Shown one piece after another: positions 50,963 through 64,000 of a stretch of 64,000 nucleotides of DNA. The notes under the pieces were generated by a model, which was given only the letters and a program-made list of their open reading frames with translations, was not told the origin of the DNA and searched no databases. The position numbers were made by a program, and so were the translations under genes. Source of the stretch: Chiloscyllium plagiosum (lineage: Eukaryota); the NCBI RefSeq assembly GCF_004010195.1, contig NC_057719.1, positions 58,979,106 to 59,043,105 on the forward strand, written 5' to 3'. The first letter of the stretch is position 1, and the number at the start of each line of letters is the position of its first letter.

Positions 50963-52893
50963 TTCTCTGCATCTAGAGAAATCACCAATCCCTGCATTGA
51001 CTGTTGTTGACATGCTTGAATTACATTAAGCAGCCTTCTAAGATTACTGGAGGATCTGCGACCCTTTATGAAGCTTGTCTGATCCTCTTTAATAGTAGAA
51101 GATAACACAGTCTCCAGCCTTAATGCGAGAGTCTTAGACAGGATTTTGGAGTCCACACTTAAGAGTGAAATGGGCCTAAACAAAGCACAGTCGTCCGGGA
51201 CCTTCCCTTTTTTAAGAATAAATGAAATATTGGCCTCTCTTAGAGGTGGCGGGAGATAATCATGACCGTATGAGTCTTTGAGCATGCTGAGCATCGGGCC
51301 TGACAATGTTTATAAATTCCTATTAGAATTCACTGGGAGGTCCGTTAGGACCGGGTACCTTTCCACTCTGAAGCTGCTTCACAGCTTCCTGCACCTCTTG
51401 CTCTGAAAAGAAGGCATTGTGAAAGGACTCTTGTTCGGGGGTCACGCCCAGGAGCTCCAGAACCTTGAAAAAGGAGTTGATTTTGGCCTGCCCCACCTCA
51501 CAACACTCAGATGGTATAAGCTAGAGTAAAATCTCTGGAATGCCATATTAATCATTTTGGAATCACATGTTAGATTCCCAGACCCTTCCCGAATTGCCAT
51601 GATGGCTTGTGGGGCAGACCTTTTCCTGGCAGATATGCTAGGTACTTGCTTGGCTTGTCACCATGCTCATATAACTTTTGCTTTGCGAAAGTAAGCTCTT
51701 TCTTTGCTGTCTGCGTGAGCACGGAATTCAATGCAGACCACAGCATCATAATACTCTGTAGCTTGACCAATGAAGGCCTGTCAAAGTAAGCCTTCTCAGC
51801 TGTCTTCAATTGTGCTTCGAGGAGACATTATTGTTCACCCTTCTGTCACTTCCTACTGGCAGAGTAGGAAATAACTAACCCCATGGCATAGGCTTTGGCA
51901 GTTTCCCAAAGGACAGGCTGATTATTAACCTAGTCTGAGTTAATGTCTAGGAACGGCCGAAACTCCCTATAATGATAGGCCGGGACTCCAGCCTGATCAG
52001 TTTAGAGAATGCATCTTCCTGAAATTTGAGGGGATGGGCCAGAGGGCAATAAACATTTAGAACACCTTATTCTTCCCTGTTTATCAGGGCTTTGAGAATT
52101 ACAAACCTCTCATGCGTGCCTTTAGCACACCCTAGTAATTTAAAGGGGAGATTCCTCCTAACCAATAGAGCCACTCCCCAACTTCTGGTATTAAAAGATG
52201 AAAATTAAACCCGATTAAAGCCATTCTGCTGTAGTTCAAATGCTCCCTATCATCCAAGTGTGTCTCCTGTAACAAAGCAATATCCACCTTCTCCTTTCTA
52301 AGACTCAAAAGTACCTTCTTACTCTTAATCGGTGAGTGACTCCCCTTGATATTCCAGGTACATCATTTAATCAAGTCATCAGCCATAACCTTCTGCAATA
52401 ACATTTAGATTCCAAATAGGAAGAACTTAAACCATAAATTGCTGAGTCTTAGAGTCTCAAGATCCATCGAACATAAAAACTACATAGACAAAAACCACTA
52501 CAGTTAACAAACCTACAAAACTATCAAAGAGTATATACAACAAAACCAAAAAACAAACCAACATATAAAATGCCAATGGCGTTGAATAGGGGAACCCCTG
52601 CTCAAAGGGGTCAACAACACATCTCAAAACCCAACTTCCCATCCCACTGCCAACACTGCAGCACAGGCATTTAAATACCTGAAGTGGGCATAAACTGCCT
52701 GTAAGTAGTCATCTAGCCATCCCAATCAGATTATTACCAATAAAAAAGATAGGAAAAGAAAGCACCATCAGGACTTCCTTTTTTTTAAAAAAGGAAAAAC
52801 AAAGATATACTCAAACAAAATGACTATTTGTACATACTAAATTGTTCAAATTAGGTTAATTTGTCCATGAAGTCTCTTGCCTTCTCCAACATT

Positions 52894-53658
52894 TCAAAGA
52901 GATCCATCGAAGGTGATCTGGATCACCGCCAGATACCTCAGAGAATACTGAGTCCCAAGCTCCCTCAGTCTTCTCTTGACACCGTCATAGGATTTTCTTT
53001 TCCGGATCACCGCCGTTGAGAAGTCCCGGAAGAACATGATCGGGGAGCCCTCGTAAACTAGGGCCTTCAGATCCTTCCCCTGGACTCTGGAAGCTTCCAC
53101 GATTCTCTCCTTATCTCTGTAGTGATGAAACTGCACCAGGAGAGGATCAGGATGTTGACCCACACCTGATCTCCGTGCCATGACCCGGTGAGCCCTCTCG
53201 ATCTTCAAGCCTCTCATTCCAGCCTCCAAGTTAAGGAATTTCGGCAACCAGTCCTCAATAAATTCTGCAGGCCACTCACCTTCCTTACCCTCCGGCAGAT
53301 TGACGATACATATATTTTTTCTCCTGCCTCTGTACTCGGGGTCATTAACTTGGTCAAGAAAGTTACGTACCTGTGTCTCCAGGGCTTGGATCCTATCCTT
53401 GGAGGAACCTGTGTCAGCTTCCACCACTGTGATTCTGTGTTCAACCTCATTTGTCCTTTTCTCCAGGTATCCCAGCTGCTGTTCATGCTTCTGCAGCATG
53501 ATAGAGATTGGGGCCAGCTTCTCCTCTATCTGTTTACTCACCATCTCGCAAGATTTCACGAGCCCCTTCACCAGGACCTGGTAGGAAATCGAGGCTGAGG
53601 ATCCTGCAGCCTGGGCTGCGGGCCCGGCTTCCGATGCTCCTCCTCCCTTTTTCGGCAC
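52894..53658 (-). pseudogene. L1 ORF1p (RNA-binding) reading frame, 254 aa, apparently frameshifted just before the natural end
   Basis: L1 ORF1 RRM motifs as above. An EKARDFMDKLT* tail follows in another frame. Confidence 0.8.
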
Positions 53659-53840
53659 CCCTGGACAGGGAAAACCAAGTTAAGTTGATTTGTAACAGTT
53701 TCCTGGGACTCCACAACCTTTCCAGAGTCCCAGGATATCACAGTGGTCCGGGTAGAGCGGTTAAAAGTTTGTCCTGCTTGCGCTGCAGTGCAGAGCTTTG
53801 CGACGCGATCTTCCTAGATTGCTGCCATCTTGGATCCCCC

Positions 53841-54510
53841 AGTCTGCCGATTCTTAAGCAACAAACCCCAAACAAGAAGACACACACGCCCAGAGACTCT
53901 ATCCATACTACCATGCACCAAAGACATCCCGGAGATGACGACCAGACTACTCTGACCCCTTGACATCATGGTAGCTCACAAACCTACCGACGCACTGAAA
54001 CAGCTCCTGTACCAACAACCAGCAAAATGAATGTTATTTCCAAAATACCTTTCAAGGACTGCAACGAACACTACATCAGACAGACAGGCAGGGAACTAGT
54101 CACCAGGATACACAAACACCAACTAGCCACCAAAAGACATGACCAGCTATCACTAGTATCCGTACACACAGACGAAGAAGGACACCATTTAGACTGGGAC
54201 AACATACTCATCCTAGGACAGACTAAATAGAAACACACACAGAAATTCCTGGAGGTCTGGCATTCAAACCGGAACTCCATCAATAAGTACATCGATTTGG
54301 ACCCCATTTACCAACCTCTAAGAAACAGAACTGGAAATGATACTACCCACTGTAACAGACCAAGACACAAATAGAAAGTAGGACAGAACACCAGCGCTTC
54401 ACTGAAGGCTCACTGATGATGTTACCTAGTAACATCTGAGAACAAACCTATCGACTCAGCGAGCAAACGTATACCTGAATCTCCACATGAGCTACAAATC
54501 TTCTGAAAAA
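53841..54510 (+). mobile_element. Older Poseidon-type PLE 3' fragment
   Basis: NVISKIPFKDCNEHYIRQTGRELVTRIHKHQLATKRHDQLSLVS, homologous to 35741-37007. Hammerhead is partly deleted at ~54411-54435. Confidence 0.88.
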
Positions 54511-55667
54511 TCACAAAGTTTCTTTTTAATCTTCAAGTTAAACCTACCTTTAGTAATTGTTTTCAACACTGTAAATGGGTGTTGGTTTGATTTCTCACAT
54601 CAGAAAGAAGTGTTGCCTTCCTGTTTTCATGTATACTTCATTTGGCTACTCCCCAGTTCCTCATATTTTTTGAGACCAGCCTTTCCTATGAAATGCTACC
54701 ACAAAAGATAGTTTTCTGATATTTGTTGCTTCAGCACAGATCATTGTCCATTCAATTGCTTACTTGCAGAAGGAATTGTGGGAATTAAATACAAATTGTC
54801 TCACAAAAGCTCTTGCCTGAAAACAGAGAACTCTGCAATTTATACATTTAATGAATGTAAGTCTGGTCTTGACATGAAAATTTGAAGAGCGTGTTAGAGA
54901 AAATACTCACCTCAAATTTTCCACTAAATCCTGAGAGAAGTACTGAATGGATAAAATTGGATATGTCCTGAAAATGGTTACAAGGTTTGTGAAGTACAAT
55001 TAACTCGACATATTCTTGGCATCACAGGCACCTTCAACAGTACCTTCCAAACCCGTGACCTCTACTACCTTGAAGGACAAGAGCAGCAGATGCACTAAGC
55101 TAGCACCATGCAAGTTCCTCTCCGAGCCAAGTCCTGATTTTGAAATAAATAGCTGTTCTTTCACACTGAATTGATGAAAATCTTGACCTTCCTAACATTA
55201 TTGTGGGTATCCTTACACCACAAGGGCTGCTGTATTTCAAGAGGGCCACTTATTACCCTTCTCAAGGACAATTAAGAATGCGCAATAAACATGGAGGTAA
55301 TCATCAACTCCTGCATCCTGTGTATGTATGAATAAATTAAATAAGGACAGCATGAAAACTTCATGCAAACTTTCATTATAATGATTGCAGTCTAAATCTT
55401 GTTATTGAGTAGGGACTGTGGTATTTTGAGGCTAGCATGTATCCCAGCCAGCCTTGGTCACTTAAGGTGACTATGTATTTCAAAGGGGAAGTTCATTTTG
55501 ATTTGAATAAGTGCTACAATTCATTACAAAAAGCATTTTGAAAAGACAAAGCAATGGCACACCATGTTAGAGAGCAGTATCCAAAGTTCTCAGATCCACA
55601 CAGGGGCCTTGTTTCCAGAATGGAGGTCAATTCTGTATCTACTGGTAAATGAGGCATTCCAGAGAAA

Positions 55668-55987
55668 TTAGATTAGAATAGTTTCCCTACAGTGTGGAAA
55701 CAGGCCCTTCGGCCCAACAAGTCCACACTGACCTTCTGAAGAGTAACCCATCCAGACCCTTTTCCCTCTGACTAATGCACCTGACACTATGGGCAATTTA
55801 GCATGGCCAATTCACTTGATCTGCACATCTTTGGACTGTGGGAGGAAACCAGAGCACCCAGAGGAAACCCTCGCAGACACAGGAAGAATGTGCAAACTCC
55901 ACACAGACAGTTGCCCAAGGCTGGAATCGAACCTGGGTCCCTGGTGCTGTGAGGCAGCAGTGCTAAACACTGAACTACCGTGCCACC
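55668..55987 (-). mobile_element. HE1-like SINE
   Basis: Same family as 6748-7033. Confidence 0.9.
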
Positions 55988-56559
55988 TTTCCTTAAGAGA
56001 AGCTAATTATTGACGTCAATGGTAAACCTAAAGACGTTAATGTAATGTCAGAAGAAGTGCAATGACCTCAAATGAGTGATCAATGTTTGTGAAAGGATCT
56101 AAGTGGCATAGCCCAGAAATTGTACAACTAGCCTCATACTTTCAGCACCACATCCCCTTACCCAGCTCTATTATAATCTCCATCGCAATGCCTCAGTCTT
56201 ATGCTCATAGTGTCTTCTCACCCTCCTTTAGCACTATTACAGCTTCAAAACCACAAATCAAAGCTTATACACACTGCCAGATATTCAAAACACATTTCCC
56301 CATACTCACTATATGCTTCCTTCACATGCAGGACAAAATTGAACACAACTGCCCTGAACACATAACTGCGTAAGAATAGGCACAGCTTTGCCTCAATGTT
56401 CTTCCCAGCACTGGAGCAACAATGATTGAGTTTGCGGCCAGTAATAGGACTTAAAGGATTGAAGTTGACATACTTCCTCTTGGAAGAAGCGATCACAGTT
56501 TGGTTGAATTTAGAATACGGATGGAAAGTGTGAAGATAAAATCCAATACCATGGTTTTG

Positions 56560-58130
56560 TGCTTAAAGAAAGGAGGCTACAATAGGATGAGGGAGGAGTT
56601 GGCTAAAGTATGTTGAAAGTAAAGATTTTATGGTGGGACAGTTGACGAACAGTGGAGGACTTTCAAAGCAATTTTTCAAAGAGCACAGCAAATGTATATA
56701 CTGGCGAAATGAAAGGACTGTAGGAAAAGGGGTAATCTGACATGGATGTCCAAGGAAATAAGGGAGGCTATCAAATTGTAAGAGGTGGTACACAAAATGG
56801 CAAAGACCAGCTAGAATGTAGAAGATTTGGAAAACATTAAAGGTCAACAGAAAGCCACAAAAAATGTACAAAGAAAAATAAGATAGATTATGAAGATAAA
56901 CTAGCTCAGAATATAAAGGTAGATGGCAAAGGTTTCTATGAATATATAAAATGAAAATGAGTGGCTAAGGTAAACATTGGTCCTTTAGAGGATAAGAAGG
57001 TGGATTTAGTAATGGGCTATGAAGAAATAGCTGAGGCACTGAACAGATATTTTGTGTTGAGCTTCACAGTGAAGGACATGAATAATATGCCTGATACTGG
57101 CAAGGAGATGAAGAAAGGTAAAGACCTGGAAACAATCAATATCATGAAAGAGGTAGTGTTGGGCAAGCTAATTGAGCTAAAGGTAGACAAGTATCCTGGC
57201 CCTGATGGAATGCATCCCAGGGTACTAAAAGAGATGAGGGAGAAATAACAAATGCACTTGTGGAAACTTTACAAATTTCACTGGACTCTGGGGCAATTCC
57301 AACAGATTCGCAAACTGCAAATGTGATGCCACTGTTTAAAAATGGAGGTAGACAAAAGATGGGGAATTATAGGTCAGTTAGCTGAACTTCTGAGTGGGGA
57401 AGATGTTTGAATCTACTATCAAGAAAGAAATAGCTTGGCAACTAGTTAGAAATTGTCCTGTTGGGTAGAAGTAGCATGGTTTCATGAAAGGCAGGTCATG
57501 CATAACTAATCTATTGGAATTTTATGAAGACATTACGAGCACAATGAATAATGGGGACCCAGTAGATGTAGTGTATCTAGATTTCCAAAAGACTTTCAAC
57601 AAAGTGCCATAAAAAATACTTAGACAAAGAGACATGGCATTACTGGCAATGTATTAGCATTGATAGAGGATTGGTTAACTAACAGGAAGCAAAGAGTGGG
57701 AATAAATGAGTGTTTTTCTGGTTGGTGATCGGTGACTAGTGGTGTGCCTCAGGAAGCTGTGTTGGGACCGCAATTATTCACAATTTATATCGATGTATTG
57801 GAGTTGGGGGTCACGTGTAGTGTGTCAATGTTTGCATATGACACAAAGATGAGTGGTAGAGCAAAGTGTGCAAAGGATTGTGAAACTTTGCAAAGGGACA
57901 TTGATAGTTTAAGTGAGTGGGTAAAGGTCTGACAGGTGGATTCCAATATTAAATATGAAGTCATCCATTTTGATAGGAATAACAGTAAAAAGGATACTTG
58001 AATGATAAACAATTGCAGCATGCTGCTGTGCAGAGGGACCTTGGTGTCGTTGTGCATGAATCATAGACAGTTGATCTGCAGGTGCAACAGGTAATTAATT
58101 GCTAAAGGGATTGAGTTTAAAAGCAGGGAG
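56560..58130 (+). mobile_element. Degenerate CR1-clade LINE fragment
   Basis: AEALNRYFV..FT, LKVDKYPGPDGMHPRVLKE, VTSGVPQEAVLGPQLFTIYI, FAYDTK. Confidence 0.9.
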
Positions 58131-58462
58131 TCCACCCCTTTCTGCTTTTCGCAAAGACCGTTCCCCAATTCACATCTCAGCCACCAAGTCAAATTCCAGA
58201 GGTACTACAGATGGTTGCATAAATCTGCACATGGTGATTCACTGAGTACAAGTGATCCACAGTCAGAATAGGAGGAAAGTGACTTACTGGTAGCAGTTGT
58301 TCCAGAGGGTGAGGTCACCTATGTGTTCTGGTGCTACAGACTTGGATAGGACATTTGGTTGGGCAGGGTAGACAGAAAGATTGATGAACATGCACTCTGA
58401 AATGCTTACATTAACAGGCCTCCCAGAAAGCTTGGTGCCACTGTCAAGTATGACACATGCAT

Positions 58463-58750
58463 CAGCTCTGGCTCAGTTGGTACCACTCTCGCTTCTAAGT
58501 CAAGCATCATAGGTTCAAGTGTACCTCCAGAGAATAAAGCACAAAAAATCAACACTGATACTCTTTAGTGTCCTGACCAACATGTTACCGATCAGTTAAC
58601 CTTACAGGAATAGATTATGTGATCATTATCACATTAATGTGTGTATTAGTTTACTGTGAGAAAATTGGCAGCTGCATTACAACATTACAACAGAGACTGT
58701 GCATCAAAATTGATTGCAAAGTGCTTTGGAGCATCCTGGGGTCATGAAGA
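58463..58750 (+). mobile_element. Deu-domain SINE, internally deleted
   Basis: cagctctggctcagttggt..ggttcaagt head; gattatgtgatcattatcacatt..acattacaacag..aaagtgctttgg tail. Confidence 0.65.
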
Positions 58751-59587
58751 CATCATTTGGATGTAATACTTTTTCTTGGATGTCATAGCGGAGTTCAACA
58801 TCACCTTAGTGCTTTTGTTTTTCCAGAGACCTTGGAGCACATCTATCCAGGGTGGAAGTAATGGCCTTTTCCATGAGAACATCTTCAAACCCAACCATGA
58901 TGTAAGATCTAGTGGCTGAAGTCTCAACTCCCAAGGCAGCAGAGGCAGAAAAAATAGTCATTGTCTGTGTACTGCAGTAGAAGATCACACTGAAGTTTCT
59001 GCAAACACCAGCCAGTTATTGTTGAAGCTTAGATTGCTGACATTGCGGATGTGGATATATGTGCTCAAGGAGACTTCCATAATATCATTGTTGTTAAGAA
59101 ATCTTTTCACTGACAGATTACTAGGATAACTGAGGCACTGCTTCAATCACATGACATTGGCTGTATAGAACTCAAATCTGCTGTCCTCCCTCACACTGGC
59201 AGCAACAGTCCTGCCATCACTACCACTTACTTTGCCGCTTGTTCACCAGCTGGCTCAGACAGCTGCCACCCTACCAAACCAAAGAGGACCATTTAGAGAT
59301 AGTACCCACGTGGGTTACCCTGAAAGGTCATCATTAAGTACCTGCATTGAGTGAGACCCAAATTCTATCAGCAATCACTGCATGGGAACTTTAGAACAGG
59401 CAAAGACAGTCAAAGGAAAAGCACTGAGGGAATTATAAAAGTGATCAGCTGACTTTTGGATTTTGGGTGGTTTATTTGATCAAGTCAATTTGAAATGCTT
59501 GCTTTGTGGTGGCTTGGAATATGGGACAGTCAATAACAGAGTTAAGATAAAGTGAAGGCTGTCAGGAATTAGGGTTGCACAGTACAC

Positions 59588-60301
59588 TGTCGGAGAATTT
59601 AGCCCAATTAATCAGAGATCACAAACACACAGATCAGACTGAGAACTGACAAGGATTTGTTTAATAAACAGTGATATCGCGGAAGAGACTTGACTCCCGC
59701 TGAAACAGTCACTGACAGGCTGTTCAGAAGGAACCACAGCTTCTTCCCCGAACAGAGAATTCAGTAGAGTTTTATACCCTTACAACACTGAAGTGTGAGT
59801 TATGAGACAATGGTGCGAGTTGTACAACAAAGAGAAATAAAGTTCATTCGTTGAAAAGATTCAAGTGTCCAGTGTCTAACAATGAGTTTCTTAATTGACT
59901 CAGGAGATTCCAATCCTTGGCTGGAGTAGGTATTAGTGGGTTTCATCCTGGTATCAATGTGTTTGTATTGTTGAGGGGGCAAGCGAAGTACCTTTGGTGC
60001 CTCCTTGCTGGGGTACCTTTTGTGAAGGCTGACTCGTAGTGGGAGCATCTGTGACCCAAAGATATCAGAGGTGCTGGGCTATTGTGGAGTGCAAGGCTCA
60101 TTATTAGTTAATCTGAAGAAGTATAGTCTCTTGGTCTGGGGCTGGATGAGTCATGTCCTGGGGTATGTGTGATGTCTGGAGCGGCTGGTTTGGCCCAATT
60201 AGAGGTATTATGTGTAGGCTTAGTGGCTAAGTGCAGACATTTTGTGTTGTCTGTTTTGTGGCCATGTCATGGGGAGGCTGAACCCCATATTTTCTCCCAC
60301 A
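59588..60301 (-). mobile_element. Candidate solo LTR (~714 bp)
   Basis: Termini TGTCGGAGA...TCTCCCACA (imperfect TG..CA inverted repeat). On the minus strand TATAAAA lies near 59776 and ATTAAA ~110 nt further on near 59665. Flanking duplication ambiguous. Confidence 0.55.
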
Positions 60302-61068
60302 CACTGTCAGTTGGGGAAACCACAACTGCCAAGCTGGAATGAGTGTTTTCTCACTTATCCTTTTGTCCTCTTCTTCCTCAGTTGCTCATTATATACCCAG
60401 TATAAAAGGCTTCACCCTCATTTTCGCAAAATTGTGTAGTACGGTATAGACCAAGATGAACTTTAACACATTCATGTGAGGCCTCTGGATTGCTGCAGGG
60501 AGTGGAAGAGTTGATTAGGTATCACAACGGTATGCTCACTGACAGTACGGTGCTGATTAACATTAACACTGGACTTAATTGTGATCTGCAATGGAGTCAT
60601 GGACCTGGTGGCCTATGGTTTAACATGATTGGTGAACTACTGATGGAACAAGGAGCTGGCACATCGTAAAGGCATCATGATTGCTTTATGGATATCAGGC
60701 ATTGATTTATGAAGCTACTCATCCATGGAGGGACATTTGGTAGTTTTGGTATCTCTCTGTATTTAGGTGCAGTACCCACAAGATCATATGTGCAGTCAGT
60801 GGTACTTTGAAACAAGGGAAAGCATGTAACCCAGACAAAAACACATCAATATTCCACTTGCTTCTCTCTGTTCAGAGAAGATGAAATGAACTTCCCTTTT
60901 CTGACAGGCAGAACACCAGTCCTAGTACAGTAATGGATGCAAACTGGAAAATATTAGAGATGTCAACCTGCTGCAGCATGGAAGGAACCCAGTGCAAAGA
61001 GTTTCATGGTCACTGTCATTTTCACAGCCACTGGCAATGCTCCTTTTCAGCCTTAAATGCTATAGTTC

Positions 61069-61369
61069 AGATTAGATTACTTACAGTGTAGAAACAGGCC
61101 CTTCGGCCCAACAAGTCCACACCGCCCCGCCGAAGCGCAACCCGCCCATACCCCTACATTTACCCCTTACCTAACACTACGGGCAATTTAACATGGCCAA
61201 TTCACCTGACCTGCACATCTTTGGACTGTGGGAGGAAACCGGAGCACCCGGAGGAAACCCACGCAGACACGGGGAGAACGTGCAAACACAGTCAGTCGCC
61301 TAAGGCGGGAATTGAACCCAGGTCTCTGACGCTGTGAGGCAGCAGTGCTAACCACTGTGCCACCGTGCC
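61069..61369 (-). mobile_element. HE1-like SINE, young (CpG-rich) full-length copy
   Basis: Minus: GGCACGGTGGCACAGTGGTTAGCACTGCTGCCTCACAGCGTCAGAGACCTGGGTTCAATTCC...; tail TAATCTAATCT. Confidence 0.92.
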
Positions 61370-62001
61370 ATGCACTCTGTAAGATGGACGGTATCCATGA
61401 GTACTTCCATTCTAAAACAGAGATGCTGCTCACACTGTTCCTTAGTAAAGTTGAGAAAAGAGAACTGCTCCATCAAAATTGTGAATAGCTATGATTTCTT
61501 GCTGAGAACCCTGCTTCCTTTCACTCTGTGTGATCAGTGTCTATTGACCCATTAAATTGACATTAACTCATGTTATTCTCCCTCAAAATCTTCACACATC
61601 AAATCTGAAATTAATGCCAGATACTATATGTGGCATATGTTGGGGAGATTTGGAATTGTTAAAAAAGTACAATATTTTCTCATCACACTACTTACTAAAT
61701 ATTAGAAAGTGGTAGCAGGGCTATAATATAAAAACAAAATTCCACATATCATGTGAGAAATGTGAGGATCTTATCAAATTTCTTGATGCGTTTATTCAAC
61801 TCTGCAAGGGTCAAAGATCAAGAATACATTTCCATTTGGTTTTAACGTTAGTGGGAAAGTTACCATTGGTATAAAATGAGGTCCTCTGCTTTTATGCTAA
61901 TAATTACTCTTTGCTAAATAAAGAAATCCACTTAAAGATCACAGATATCTGTTATTTTAGAGTACATGTGCTTATCAATGTGGTATAATTATATAACTTA
62001 A

Positions 62002-62298
62002 AGTGTGGAAACAGGCCCTTCGGCCCAACAAGTCCACATCAACCCTCCAAAGAGCAAGCCACTCAGACCCATTCCCCTACATTTACTCCTTCAACTAACA
62101 CTATAGGCAATTTAGCATGGCCAATTCATCTAACCTGCACGTTTTTGGACTGTGGGAGGAAACTGAAGCACCCGGAGGAAACCTATGCAGACACGGGGAG
62201 AATGTGCAAACTGCACACAGTCGCCTGAGATGGGAATTGAGTCCGGGTCTCTGGCACTGTGAGGCAGCAGTGCTAAACACTGTGCCACCGTGTCACCC
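62002..62298 (-). mobile_element. HE1-like SINE
   Basis: Same family as 61069-61369. Confidence 0.9.
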
Positions 62299-64000
62299 CC
62301 CCGAATTAAATCAATGACTTGTCATTTTGAAGCAGACGGCAACACAAATGGACTGTAGAATGAGATGAAAGACCTTACTGGTTTGACATGGATTGCTTTC
62401 CTAGACGGGTCTACTTGTCTAATCTGACCCTCAGAATTTATGATGGTCTGAGAAACATTTTTACATTTACAACCCAAGGGAAAATGTTTCTGGTAATATC
62501 ATTTGGCAAAATTTGGAAAAATATCCATGTTTGGATCAAAGGACCAGGTTGAACAGGTGAAAGAGAAATCTTTCCTCTCAGTGTACTCAGATTGTGGCAA
62601 ATTAACGTTTCATCATTCCAATTACAGTTTAAGGACAGAACGGACATTGATTCGTGCAATCTCCAATTTGTCCCCAGCAACATGAATAAATAAACTTGCC
62701 CTCCAGACTCTGGTCTTTAACGTCTACAAGAAAAATTGCAGCAGTGATTGAATACGCAATCTAAAAAAATGCCAAAATATTATGTTTCAATTTACAAAGA
62801 GCAATTTTGTCAAAAAGGCAGCTTGCCATTGGAAAGAAAAAAAAATAAGCCAATTGTAATTGTCAGTTTGTCAACTCCTTTATTGGGCTTGTGCTCAAGT
62901 AATTCCTCTAAATGCTTCATTTTTATAACTGTTTTAACTGAAGTTGTGTTCTTACAGCAGTTTAACTTACCTTGGTTGATGGATAATCAGCCATTTTGTG
63001 AATGCACACATCCAAGAAAATATGTGTACTCCAATAGGATATATTCTTAATGTTTACTGCATAAAGCATGTACTTAAAGTATTTACTTAAAGTCTGTGGA
63101 GACATTCACTATCTGCTTTACCAGTTGAAAGTGATTTGAAATAGGAATTTGTTTTCATCATAATCTGAAACTAAGTAATGAAGGTTGTATTATTGTGAGG
63201 TAATAAATGTTCGGTACCTTTATACTAAAAATTAGGAACTCTAAGATATTCAGTTGGATAACTGATAAAGATTATTGGGTACCATCTTTGTAAGGATACC
63301 ACTGAGATAAAGTGAGGGAAACTTCTCTCAAAACACCTGGATGGGTTGTGAAGTGGGTAGTGACTTTGTGTAATGGTGTAAAATGAGAAATAGCAAATCA
63401 GCACCTTGGTTTACATCTTTTCTGATTTTTATTTCCATTCTTCCTGGATTAGAATAACTAAGTATTCCCACCCATTGATGATAAAATATCTAGTTTGTTT
63501 CTCACCATTGTGTTTTAGTTGGTGAATTCATTACAGCATATAAAGGTAAAGAGAAAAACAGATCTGAGATTCCATAGTACCAGGCAGAGGATGCCATGCA
63601 CTGGTTCTTTGAAAACACAGTAGTCAAATTTCCATTAAGGCTGTTTAGATGGGCAAGCCTGCATCAATTTAACTAAATGTGAATGAGTATCAGAGAGCTG
63701 CTTACACTCTTGCTTTCGTGTAGGTATGGAATTGCAGCATAAGTTGAGATGATAGCTTTAATCTTCCTAATATTAATCTAGGGAAAAGGCAGAATGTACA
63801 GGACTGCCTGTTAGACAAGCAGCATAGAGAAATGAGCTGTGGAGGGGTTCCTAGTTGTGGGGACAAGGTAGAGCTATCTGCTGTCAAATGTGGGCTTTGC
63901 TTCTGGTATCGTAAAGCTAATGTTACCCCATACAAAATAGGCATAGATAGCAGGGTATTGAAAGATCCAACAGGTATTTATCACAATTAGCTGTTATGTA

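Larger units (their letters stand above)
49487..53840 (-). mobile_element. L1-clade LINE with 5' end, ORF1 and disrupted ORF2; 3' end missing
   Basis: ORF1 53658-52894: coiled coil, then RGRRKNICIVNLPEG, IERAHR, QFHHYRDKERI. ORF2 from ~52387: TWNIKG...DIALLQETHL, FRPISLLSVDSKILSK, SLDAEKAFDRV, LYVDD. Many stops and frameshifts. Confidence 0.92.

Noticed and set aside
58170..59360. Possible Harbinger transposase remnants
   Set aside because: Motif hints are too degenerate and inconsistent in orientation to call.
61300..61369. tRNA gene-like A/B boxes (also at 6975-7033, 48800-48850, 55920-55987)
   Set aside because: They are SINE heads contiguous with SINE bodies, with no complete cloverleaf.
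1..64000. CRISPR array, operon or prokaryotic defence system
   Set aside because: The sequence is intron-containing vertebrate DNA. Repeats are dispersed retroelements and there is no repeat-spacer periodicity.

Overview
This is eukaryotic, AT-rich, repeat-dense genomic DNA, almost certainly from a shark. The evidence is HE1-type tRNA-derived SINEs, HER1/CR1 LINEs, Deu-domain SINEs and Penelope-like elements; a carpet/bamboo shark is my best guess, not verified. The only intact host gene is the 3' part of a TPR-repeat gene I recognise as TTC6: six + strand exons with GT-AG borders and consistent phases at 4062-4135, 7321-7531, 9716-9868, 13048-13218, 29171-29396 and 41638-41765 (stop). Most other listed ORFs are transposon fragments or noise. 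The most interesting item is an antisense gene remnant nested in a TTC6 intron (~13.6-16.35 kb, minus strand). It has a splice acceptor, an 816-nt open frame, then a frameshift/stop-disrupted continuation that weakly resembles the TOPAZ1 C-terminal region, and a poly(A) signal. Also notable are minimal hammerhead-ribozyme motifs in Penelope-like terminal repeats, including ~90-270 bp solo insertions with target-site duplications and a hairpin. There are two short templated insertions, a 124-bp duplication around a SINE, a solo-LTR candidate and a probable false 598-N gap. No CRISPR array, rRNA or prokaryotic system is present. Family names and homologies come from recalled motifs, not database searches.
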